Of a stretch of DNA of 64,000 bases, positions 55,233 to 64,000 are shown piece after piece. Source of the DNA: an uncultured Candidatus Altimarinota bacterium. Its GTDB lineage: Bacteria; Patescibacteriota; Gracilibacteria; BD1-5; JAGOOR01. The first letter of the stretch is position 1. Each line of letters opens with the position of its first letter. The stretch covers positions 60,205 to 124,204 of the forward strand of contig CALEVN010000027.1 in NCBI GenBank assembly GCA_937924685.1. The letters are read 5' to 3'. Under the pieces are notes generated by a model, which saw only the letters and a list, made by a program, of their open reading frames with translations, was not told the DNA's origin and ran no database searches. A program made the translations under genes and the position numbers.

Positions 55233-58088
55233 TTATTTAAATGGATCATATGGTGTATTTGTTGGAGTGACCGTATGAGGTATTGTTGTGCCTACATCTA
55301 GATGTTGAACTGGTTGAGTTGGTATTTGAGGAGTATTAGGGGGAAGTTCTCACACAGTTCACTGAGGTCCACTTGTAGTACCTGGTGTAACTGGTCTTTC
55401 TCCGACATTTCCTCCCGGTTTTGATCAAACACTTGGGCGTTTTGGTTCTGGTTCTGTCGTTTTTTGTGGTTTTGGCTCTGGCTTTAAGAACTGTGCTGAT
55501 GCACCTATAACAAATTCTCGCTCAACTGGATCGCTGATGTTTGGAGTTGTACGTGTAGAGAAATAATGTATCCCATTCACTGTTTTGATTGACTGATATT
55601 CTTGAGGTAGATCTTGTGATGCTTTTGATATTCGTACGGATTGGTCTATTCTTGTACCTCCGACGATTATGTAGCGATATGTCTCTTGTCATACTACCTC
55701 ATTACGAGTTGTGATAGAGGGGAGTGTTTTTCCACTTCCGATGATATCGATCGTTCCATCTCTGTATATTCTTACATTATTTTCATATCCTGAAGCTGCA
55801 AATACATTCAAAGGGTTTTTGCTCAGGGTAGAGCGGATACGGAGTATGTGGTTTCCTGAATTATTTATCAATGTGTCTGCATTGTATGCGACACCACCGA
55901 TACGGAGTGATCGTTCATTGATAGATGAGGCGAGGCCTTTTGACTTGAGGTTATCTGCCTGATTGAGTCCACGTCCCTCTAGGAGATCTATAACGTGTTT
56001 TTTGAGTATTTTTGCATCAGGTATTTTTTTGTTTTTGAGATATGCAAATCGTATACCAGCTATCACCATAGGGAGACCTCCTAATATACCTCCTCAGACA
56101 CTGATACCTTTGAGATAGAGTCCTTTATTTGCTTCTACGAGAGCGTCTCGGTATGATTCTACGACTGCATGGACTGCTTGTGAATATTTTTCTGGATTAT
56201 TACCGAGAGTATCATAGAGTAATTTTAATTCATTGGCAACTTGTGGCGGTAAATCCTTCCCTGTATACATATCTCCGAGTATTTTTTCGAGAGATTGTGT
56301 TTTTGTTTCTATTGCTTTTACTTTATCACGATTCCATCCTGCTTCGACGACAACACCGGCTGGCGTTACTGTGATGGAGCCACGAAGAACCTGCACTGAT
56401 TGTGTATAGTCCTGGAGATTTCTTCGTACGCTATCCATATTGAGGTATTTTTCACCAGAGAGATTGGCCATGGGAAGTATATTCCAAGCTCCTACTGACC
56501 CCGTTAGAGACCCCGTGTCACCCTCAAAGAGTTTTCCTGTGAATACAACTCCGACGCCTGGTTGACCATTTGCCATACCAGCGACTACCTTGATATGTTT
56601 TGTGATATCAATGGTTGTCATTGCTGATGCGCTGAGACTGCTTCACTTTATGTTGATAAATGCTGCCACCTGTTTTGCAAGTCGGTCTGCGAGACCAGAA
56701 TCCCTTTTTACTATATCGTAGAGTGGATCACCTTTCTTGATAGCTCCTCCATCAAAAGCATTATCTTTCAATAGTTGATCCTGGATGACTCGTACGAGTT
56801 TTTCGTGAGAATTTTTAAATTCTACAGACTTCATTTCTCGTTTTTGAGCTTCTGAAAAAGGAGTGATTGCATCATTTGATTTTATTTCATCGATGTGACC
56901 CGCTCGATTGAGCATATCGAATCATTTCAAAAACTGTTGGTGGAGAGATTTATTATAATTTCCATCTGGGAAAAAGAGACGGATGAGCTCTTGTCTACTG
57001 TCTATGCTATGTTTTCCACCACCACCTACCTCTATACATTGAGCGATGAATTTATTTACATTTGTTTTTGGGAGGCTAGCAATCTCTGAGAGTTCAGTCG
57101 TGATATGATATTCATCAGAGATGTTTGTGGATTCTTTCTTACCATAAGGGATAATCCAGAGAAGCCTCTTTCTTCGACCATCGTCACCCATGGTACCAGA
57201 GAAATCTCTGTCTCCGAGGGCGTAGAAAATATTATCACTATTTATACTCTTACCATAATTCACTGACGGATTTTCTGTTGCTCTCTCGTTACCCGAGAGG
57301 AGACCTTGCTTATACTCACGAACCTTCATGCTTCCAGCAGATCGTCCTGTAGTGAGGTTATCTGTGACGCCTTGTAATTCATAAGCGACTATATTACGTC
57401 GAGCAGGATAGTTCGAGAGAGGCATCCAAGCATTTCCACCCTTGTATGGGTCGAGCACGAACCATTCCTTGCCACCAAATGGTTTTGTTGCGAGAGCGAC
57501 GTGTGAAATAGGTTTGCCATTCGCATCGACGACATCGATTTTTATATAGGCTACTTGTGCTTTCCCAGTTTCATTTCGACTATTATCGAGAGTAATTTGT
57601 GGGTATTTTTTTGCGATTTCACGTGCCTGAGGTCCAGCATCACCACGTGGAACATCAATTCCGAAGAGTGTTTTTGCATTTTCTCGTGTTGTTTTTGCAC
57701 ACAATGTCGTGTATTGACCATACTCTGCTTCTTGTCATTTTCCGAGCGGTACAACCTCATCTCGTGTTTCTGATGAGTCACCTCCACCGAAGAGTCTTCG
57801 GAAAAATCCTGCCTTCCGAGCAGGAGGATTCCTATCAGAATCTTCTCTGAGTTGTGTAGTTTCTCGTTGCGTTCCTAATCGTATTTGAGCTTTTTTTTCG
57901 AAGTACTCACGAAGTCTTGGATTATCTCGTAGAAGATTTATGAGGCGATTATTTTCTTCTGTAGTGCCTGTATAGTTACTCATGTGGAAATCTCTATTGG
58001 CTCGAATGATTTGTTCTCGAGTGCTGTAGGTGACCGCCTGCTTCAGAGAATCCTCATTTTTGAGATATTGCGGAATTTGTTCTGACAT
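55233..58088 (-). CDS. hypothetical 951-aa protein ending in the conserved PYDPFK tail module
   Basis: Fragments 57735..58088, 56922..57704, 56643..56915, 56094..56621 and 55689..56069 are all in one frame and all end in TGA. The frame continues to TAA 55233. One Gly-rich hydrophobic segment (GGGILGGLPMVIAGIRFAYL). The C-terminal tail is paralogous to 49784..50155. Confidence 0.65.
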
Positions 58089-58127
58089 AAAAAGAAAGGT
58101 TAATTCCTCTTTATTTTCCCATACTTT

Positions 58128-59282
58128 TTATGCCGTTGCAAAAGGCTTATATCTTGACAGACGCATAATTTCTCCTACGAGATAAAAGCTTCCATAAACG
58201 AGGAGAAGGGAATTTTCTTCTTTTTGAGCATTTTTAAGCCATTTTTCATTTATATCTGAAAAGTGAATTACTGTTTCATTTTTATTGTTTTTACCATATT
58301 GATCAGAGGGGAGCGATCGATCACAAAAATTATCAACCACGTATCTATGTTCTGCTGGTATAAAATCAGCAAGTATTCGAGCATATTTTTTATCCACCTG
58401 AGTTGTTCCAAACAGGGATATGATATCCTTGTTTCATAGTTTCTGTATCATGCGAGAAAGCAATCGTATGTTTTCTTCGTTATTCGCTGTGTCCACCAGT
58501 ATATTTTTGGATAACCATTGAAAACGACCGGGGTTATATATGTTCTTCAGGCCTTCTCTTATCTTCTGAGCCTCGAATCATTCATCCTGCAGAGCATGGA
58601 ATACAAGAGAGGCATTTTTTTGCTGATGTTTTCCGGGAAGATTTGTGGGCATTTTCTCTTTTTGCGAATAAGGGGAGAGAGTGGCGTTATTTTTCCTGCA
58701 ATGTTCTCTTATTTGTTTATTTTGAAGAGGTGTGTAGAGACGAGCTCATTCTTTGACAATACCGAGTTTGTTTTTGAGAACACTCCTTTTTGTTTTTCAG
58801 AGAACATGTGTGTGTTCGAGTGTTATCGAAGTTATAAAACAGGCGAGAGGATGGTGAAAAATATTTGTCCCATCATAGGTTCATCAGAGACCTACTTCTA
58901 CAATAGCGTAATCGACTTTTTCATCTGAGAAATAGAGTATCATAACCACGACCTGTATTTCAAAAAAAGAGAGGGCTATATCGTGAGTTTTCCCGAGCTC
59001 TACAGCTTTTTCATAATATGCATTGAGTTTTTCATTGGGTATTTGCTTTCCATTAATCTGAAAACGTTCATTTATATCTATAAAGTGTGGGGACGTAAAA
59101 AGTCCTACTTTTTTTCAGAGATTTTTCCAGAGAATTTGTGATAGCATTTGGCAGACACTTCCTTTTCCATTACTTCCTGTCACATGAAATACACGAAGTG
59201 TATCTTGAGGATTTCAGAGGATTTTCATTAATTTCAGCACATTATCTCTCCCTTCTTTCATTCCGCCTGGAGTGAGGGACAT
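58128..59282 (-). CDS. folC: folylpolyglutamate synthase / dihydrofolate synthase (Mur-ligase family)
   Basis: ATG 59282. L-G-NPQDTLRVFHVTGSNGKGS P-loop, TSPHF, EVGL-GG-TYDGTN (both G are TGA), GSFYLVGE C-terminus (track ORF 58128..58397). TAA at 58128. Confidence 0.85.
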
Positions 59283-59304
59283 AACATAATCAATGGATGG
59301 GAAT

Positions 59305-59844
59305 TTATGCATTATTTTTTTGAGTACCATCACCGACGATTACTTTTGCATGTCGGAGAGCCTTTCCCGAGCGGATATATCATTTTTCCACTTCTGCTTG
59401 AATGGTTGTATTTTCATGTGGTATCTGACTGATAACATCGTGAAGATCTGGATTTACTTCAGCATCTATGCAATCCATGCGAGAAATGCCAAAATCATTG
59501 ATAACTTTTTGCATGGATTTCACAATGGAGCGAATGCCCTCTATCCATGTATGTGTCATAAGTTCCGCAGGTATATGCTCTAGCGAACGTTCTAGATTGT
59601 CCAGAATAGGGAGGAATTTGAGAATAGTTTTGTTTTCTGTCCATTCTCCTATCTGTATTGACTCTTCACGAGTGCGACGTACGAGGTTTGCATAATCAGC
59701 TTGGAGACGCATGATTTGCTCTCTGAGTTGTAGGAGTTCATCATTTCATGATTGGTTTCATGTGCCTTCTTGTGTGCTTGAATTTTGAATTTCACTTTCG
59801 GCTTGCTGATTATTGGTAGAGGTATCTGAAGAATCCTGTGTCAT
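59305..59844 (-). CDS. grpE: nucleotide exchange factor GrpE
   Basis: ATG 59844. LRLQADYANLVRRTREE, LPILDNLERSL, FDP-type EVNPDLHDV, EK-G-YIRSGKALRHAKVIV (TGA 59380). TAA at 59305. Confidence 0.88.
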
Positions 59845-59877
59845 ACAAAGGTGTAAGTTAAAAAGTGATGAATAGAT

Positions 59878-60321
59878 TTATATGCTTTTCTTGATTTTTC
59901 TGACTATTTCTGAGAGTTTTTTCTTGGCTGATTTTGCTGCTGGAGAAGAGCCGAGCTGTTCTATGAGTGACTTTTTTTCTTCGTAGATTGATTCGATATG
60001 TCCTCCGATTGTTTCTGTATCTAATCAGTGTTTTTTGAGCACTTTTTGAGCTTCTGCGAGCTCTTCTTTTGCAAGTTTAAAAAACTTTTCCAAGTCTTTT
60101 TTCTTTGAGAGAACGAGTTTTTTGTTTTCTTCTGTCCAGTATTCTTTTTTGAGATCAGCAAATGCATGCTTATGACTCTCTATGAAGTTTTTTCCAACAT
60201 CAAGTGCTTGCTCTTTTGGCCCCTTTTTTCATTTTCAGACATTTTTTGCTCATGTTTTTGCATATTTTGCTCAAACAACAAAACCAGCGAGGTATCCCAT
60301 AAGTACAAAGAACTTTTTCAT
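59878..60321 (-). CDS. small membrane-anchored helical protein, YtxH-like
   Basis: ATG 60321 to TAA 59878, with 5 TGAs. MKKFFVLMGYLAGFVV-G-AKYAKT-G-AKN, followed by Lys/Glu-rich helices. TTGCAA (60377..72), 16-nt spacer, TAATAT lies upstream. Not in the track. Confidence 0.5.
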
Positions 60322-60384
60322 AGAAAGATAAGAAAAAAATAACGTAAGTATATTAGTCCAAGTCTCTTCTATTGCAAGTTTCTT

Positions 60385-61935
60385 TTAGAGTCTGTTTTTG
60401 AGTGAGAGATATCGATACAGTGCTTGTGCGAGTTCGCCACGAGTGATAGATTGATTTGGTCTAAATGTATCACCAGATATATTGTCGATGAGAGCATTTT
60501 TTAGTGCAAACTCAGCATATTTATGTGACCAATGTGTCCAGCTGATATCTTTCCATGATTTTGTGACTTGATCTGATATTTGTTCGCCTGATGCTAGCCC
60601 TAAAATAGCGAGAAACTCGACACGAGTTACTGGTCTGTCTGGAGAAAAAGTACTCTTATCGGCAGAGATGATTTTTCGCTTGAGGGCTTCAGAGATAATT
60701 GGTGTGAGCCAGCTTTCTTTTGATATGTCTCGAAATGTTCCAGAGATGATTTCGCCATGATTCTCTATTCCAAGAGCCTTAAATGTGATCGCTAAAAGCT
60801 CACCACGTGTGACATTTTTTTCAGGTTTAAATGTTCCGTCTGGATAGCCACTAATGATACCTCTTTTTGCAAAATATGTGACTCATGTGTAATAACTCGC
60901 AGAACTATTTACATCGCTAAAGACGCCTGAAATTGGTTTCGGTGTGGTTTTTGTTGTGTTAGTGGATGTACTTGTTTTTGAGGGCGTATTTGTCACTTGT
61001 TTTGTTACTGTTTTTGGTGTTTCTTGTTTTTTTACTACTGGTATTGTGGTGGTTGTTTGCGTAACTGTTGTATCTTTTGTAACAGGTGTTTCTATTCTGT
61101 TTGCGGCAACTGATGGTCCATCAATGGTAGTTGCTTTTTTTATAAAATCGAGTGGGTCTACACTATATTTCAGAATCAAATCCTGATTGAGGCCAGCATC
61201 TACAGCACTGTACATATTGAGACCCGCTTCAGATGCTTCTGGTCCGGTAAAAGGCCAATAAGGATAGAATGGAGACTCTTCATTGTCTACTTGAATATGG
61301 AGATGTGGTGTAGTCGTCATTCCGGTCATACCTACTCGTCCTATAAGGGTGCCTTTATCAATAATATCACCTGGCTGTACGAGCACTGCAGAAAGATGGA
61401 GATAGCTCGAATAATATTTCCCTACCTGTCCTGCATATTTTACGTCGCGATGTTCGACTGTTATGTACTTGTTATCAGGATCGTCTTTCACTTTTACTAC
61501 TTTACCATTTGCTATATTAAAGACAGGAGTACCTATTGGAGCTCTAATATCTACGCCATCATGGGAACCAGCTCATACGAGTCTTTCCTCATCCATATAC
61601 TTCCCTCGAAACATCGTAAGGTAGGTAAAATTACTATTGAAGTCATTCTTTATGTCTTCGATACGGGGGAGAGGTATGAGATCGTTCTGATTGACTGCAG
61701 CATAATCGAGGACGCCTCTACGGTCTATGTAATCACTTTTTCTCCAATCTGGCACAAAAGCCATGGGCATCATCGCTCCATTAAATGGTTTTGCCTGAGC
61801 TCCTTGGGATATAGACATGAGCCACAGATGCCCAGGAGTTTGCATGAGTATATATGTAGCGATGAGAAGTATATTCGCTATCCATATTTTTTTATTGTAT
61901 TTTCTGAGAGAGAAGAGGCGTTTTTTGGGCTTCAT
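60385..61935 (-). CDS. M23-family metallopeptidase fused to three S-layer-homology (SLH) domains
   Basis: Fragments 61573..61935 and 60883..61491 are in frame, and the frame continues past TGA 60883 to TAA 60385. M23 motifs: V-G-AGSHDGVDIRAPIGTPV, GRVGMTGMTTTPHLHIQV. After a Thr-rich linker come three repeats of F.D.......W.......A.....I.G....TF.P....TR.E.A. Confidence 0.85.
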
Positions 61936-61941
61936 GTCACC

Positions 61942-61970
61942 AGAATACCATACTTTTTTTTCGTGTGCAA
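61942..61970 (-). promoter_or_regulatory. putative promoter of the M23-SLH gene, near-leaderless
   Basis: On the minus strand: AAATATTTGCAC (-35 at 61970..65), 17-nt spacer, TATTCT (61947..42), 6 nt, then ATG 61935. Confidence 0.5.
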
Positions 61971-61974
61971 ATAT

Positions 61975-62002
61975 TTGACAGGATATTTTTCCTCTATACC
62001 AT
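61975..62002 (+). promoter_or_regulatory. putative divergent promoter for 62009, near-leaderless
   Basis: TTGACA (61975..80), 16-nt spacer, TACCAT (61997..62002), 6 nt, then ATG 62009. Confidence 0.45.
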
Positions 62003-62008
62003 CAGTGC

Positions 62009-62209
62009 ATGAAATGGATATTTTTTCTCTTTGTTATTGGTATTTTTCTCTATGCGGTTTTTTCACCGAATAGTCCCCTTTATTCTCGACTTCACCCAGT
62101 TCACTCTGATGATCAGAATGAGGTAAATGTGCAGAATAATGATTCAGATTCTTCGCAAACATCTCTCGAATCAAACATTCTCAACACTCTTGATCATATA
62201 AAAAACTAA
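62009..62209 (+). CDS. small membrane-anchored protein (66 aa)
   Basis: MKWIFFLFVIGIFLYAVF N-terminal helix followed by a polar tail. TAA stop, no TGA. Sits immediately behind a plausible promoter. Confidence 0.35.
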   Translation: MKWIFFLFVIGIFLYAVFSPNSPLYSRLHPVHSDDQNEVNVQNNDSDSSQTSLESNILNTLDHIKN

Positions 62210-62215
62210 TTTTTT

Positions 62216-62617
62216 ATGACTGATATGCATCACATAAAAACCTACCTTGTATTCTTTTTTGTGAGTTGTCTTTTGGTGGGCGTCCTCGCATATCTCTATA
62301 TGCCTGGTTCTTTTTTTGGTGTACGGTCTGATGTTTTGTCAGTTGATTCTGGAGAAGTGAGCGGTGAGGTGGTTATGAGTAGTGAAAGTACCGTAAGTAC
62401 CAGTAGCGAGGTGAGTATAGATACCGACCAATCTTCTGATAATAATTCGCAGAAGCGACTACGTCTCACCAATCTCCTCCTCCACTATCAGTCAGAACTG
62501 ACAACGCTTGAATCAAAAAAAGATAACCTCTCTGATATCGAGCGACAGCAAAAAATATTCGAACTACGATTAAAAATCGATAATCTCCAGACAAAAATCA
62601 CCGACTTGTCCCATTAA
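62216..62617 (+). CDS. membrane-anchored coiled-coil protein (133 aa)
   Basis: N-terminal helix YLVFFFVSCLLVGVLAYLY, a Ser-rich linker, and a C-terminal heptad-like region. TAA stop. Confidence 0.45.
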   Translation: MTDMHHIKTYLVFFFVSCLLVGVLAYLYMPGSFFGVRSDVLSVDSGEVSGEVVMSSESTVSTSSEVSIDTDQSSDNNSQKRLRLTNLLLHYQSELTTLESKKDNLSDIERQQKIFELRLKIDNLQTKITDLSH

Positions 62618-62619
62618 TT

Positions 62620-64000
62620 CTAGACCTTTGAAAGAGGTGCTATTCTTATATTGAGGCTTTTTATACCGCTTCAAAATGCTATTTGTGCTACATCTCCGAC
62701 GAGAGACACGATAGTGCCAATGCCAAATTTTTTATGTTCTACGCGATCTCCAAGAGAAAAATCTTCTGTTCGATTCTGTCGTACTTGTGCACCGAGGCCG
62801 AGTTTTTTCTCAAGTGAAGATGCTTGAGACCAGTCACCTTGTAAATCTGATTCACCAGATGTTCCAAGAAAATCTGTCATAAAAAGTTTCTTTGGGGTGT
62901 GTAATTGTGTATATTCTTTTGGTATTTCTCCGATAAATCGACTTTCTATATTGCTCGAATAGGTGCCGAAACTATAACGTTCGTTTGCTTTTGTTATGAC
63001 GAGTCGCTTTTTTGCACGAGTCATGGCAACATACCAAAGTCTACGTTCTTCCTCGAGCTCGTCTGGTTCAAAAAGTGTCCGAGAGTGGGGAAATATTCCT
63101 TCTTCTGCGCCTGCTATGATGACGTGTTCGAATTCGAGTCATTTTGCACTATGTATAGTCATGAGTACAACCTTCTGAGACTCATTATCACTTTCCTGTT
63201 CTGCTGTTATCAGAGCTATATCTTCGAGAAAATGCATGAGAGATTCTTCTGGCGGTAGATCATCATATCTGGATGCGAGATTTTTGAGCTCATTTACTGT
63301 ATCTGTCTTAGCGGCGACTTCTTCTGGTGAAAAATTATCTTCGAGAAATTCTTGGTACTTTATGAGCTGAAAAATCTGTTCTATAAGAAGCCTTGCAGGG
63401 AGTTCATGCGATAGTCTCTGTATTGTCTTCATGAGTTCTATAAAACCTATGAGAGCGGTTTTCGCTGCAGGTTTTATATCGGGTATTTGATCTATATGTG
63501 TTGTATTTGAGAGTCCTTGTATGGTTGACTGATTTCCATGTGAGAGAGGGGATCAGAGCTCCATATAATCAATACCTGTTTTTTCTACGTATGCCATGAC
63601 TCTTTCAACGGTTGTTGGTCCTATTTTTCGTGCAGGAGTATTGACTATTCTCTTCCATGCGAGGCTGTCGGTGGGCGTCATGATAACTCGTAAGTAGGCT
63701 ATGATATCTTTTATCTCTTTTCGGTCGTAGAATTTGAGTCCTCCAATAATCTCGTACGGAATCCCCCGACGTATGAGTGCTTCTTCTATGACGCGTGATT
63801 GTCCATTTGTACGATACAGTACAGCCCATGAGAGAGGGTTTTTCTCGACAAAACTGGCTATTTTTTCTGCCTCCTCCCGTTCACTACTGCACTCATGTAT
63901 TTCGATTTTATCGCCTTCTTCTGCTTCTGTCCACATCCTTTTGTCGAGGGCTGAGCGATTATTTTTTATGACGACATTTGCCGCATTAATGATATTGCTC
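62620..64000 (-). CDS. pcrA: ATP-dependent DNA helicase PcrA/UvrD, C-terminal ~460 codons (5' end lies beyond the right edge)
   Basis: Fragments 63553..63936, 63139..63432 and 62671..63024 share one frame. YRTNGQSR, GIPY.IIGG.KFY.R.EIKD, VNTPARKIG, LMTIHSAK-G-LEFEHV (TGA 63139), EERRLWYVAMTRAKKRL. Read-through of TGA 62671 reaches TAG 62620. Confidence 0.9.

Noticed and set aside
61291-62073. Long opposite-strand ORFs appear in the track: 61291..62073(+), 38085..38735(-), 27742..28398(-), 8541..8918(+), 919..1296(+), 22249..22734(-), 15565..15960(-), 24090..24470(-) and others.
   Set aside because: Each lies antisense to, or out of frame with, a strongly supported gene. Their translations are Cys/Phe/Ser/Ile-rich shadow sequences with no motifs. 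They are typical antisense open frames in low-GC DNA.
1-64000. The many short, adjacent, same-strand ORF fragments could be read as pseudogenes or a decaying genome.
   Set aside because: All breaks are TGA and fall on conserved Gly positions. The frame is always maintained, with no frameshifts. TAA/TAG occur only at plausible gene ends. Recoding explains the pattern; decay does not.
1-64000. UGA could be read as Trp (table 4, Mollicutes-like) or as selenocysteine.
   Set aside because: The interrupted positions are invariant Gly in unrelated families (NGYQSLHT, PIQGT, SAKGLEF, EVGLGG, CxxCxGxG). Two paralogous tails pair TGA with GGA. Trp is separately encoded by TGG throughout. The frequency (about 1 per 60-100 codons) and the absence of SECIS-like context exclude Sec.

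Overview
This is a 64 kb, low-GC (roughly 35-40% by eye), gene-dense bacterial chromosome segment. The key observation is that TGA is not a stop codon here. In every housekeeping gene I recognise, in-frame TGAs fall on universally conserved glycines: Rel NGYQSLHT, DnaE GIKPIIG and GPGRGSAAG, PolA PIQGT, UvrD/PcrA HSAKGLEF, transketolase SGHIGG and GKGV, FolC EVGLGG, LysM GDTL. The window therefore has to be read with translation table 25 (UGA=Gly), known from Gracilibacteria and Absconditabacteria/SR1 in the Candidate Phyla Radiation. The supplied six-frame track uses the standard code and breaks almost every gene into pieces. I rejoined same-frame fragments by hand-translating the gaps, accepting only TAA/TAG as stops. 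That gives 46 CDS and 1 tRNA. (1) 1..14763, minus strand: two tightly packed transcription units of nine large proteins. Seven have no family I can recognise (coiled-coil, with His-rich loops between Gly-rich hydrophobic helices). The other two carry SH3b-like and YkuD domains. This is my best candidate for an undescribed system. (2) 14.9-29.5 kb: rel, rpsU, non-oxidative pentose-phosphate genes (tal, a split transketolase), greA, adk, rplU, and several peptidoglycan-active enzymes. (3) 29613..41957: one uninterrupted 4,114-codon ORF encoding a giant surface protein. (4) 42-64 kb: dnaE, rpe, an exonuclease-less polA, tRNA-Arg(UCG) with a duplicated 3' end, an FAD monooxygenase with an N-terminal zinc finger, recX, a 954-aa adhesin-like protein, a 951-aa unknown, folC, grpE, an M23-SLH peptidase, and pcrA/uvrD. 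I saw no transposase, integrase, CRISPR array or rRNA. Limits: all family calls rest on motifs I recognise by eye, with no database search. Start codons are less certain than stops and frames.
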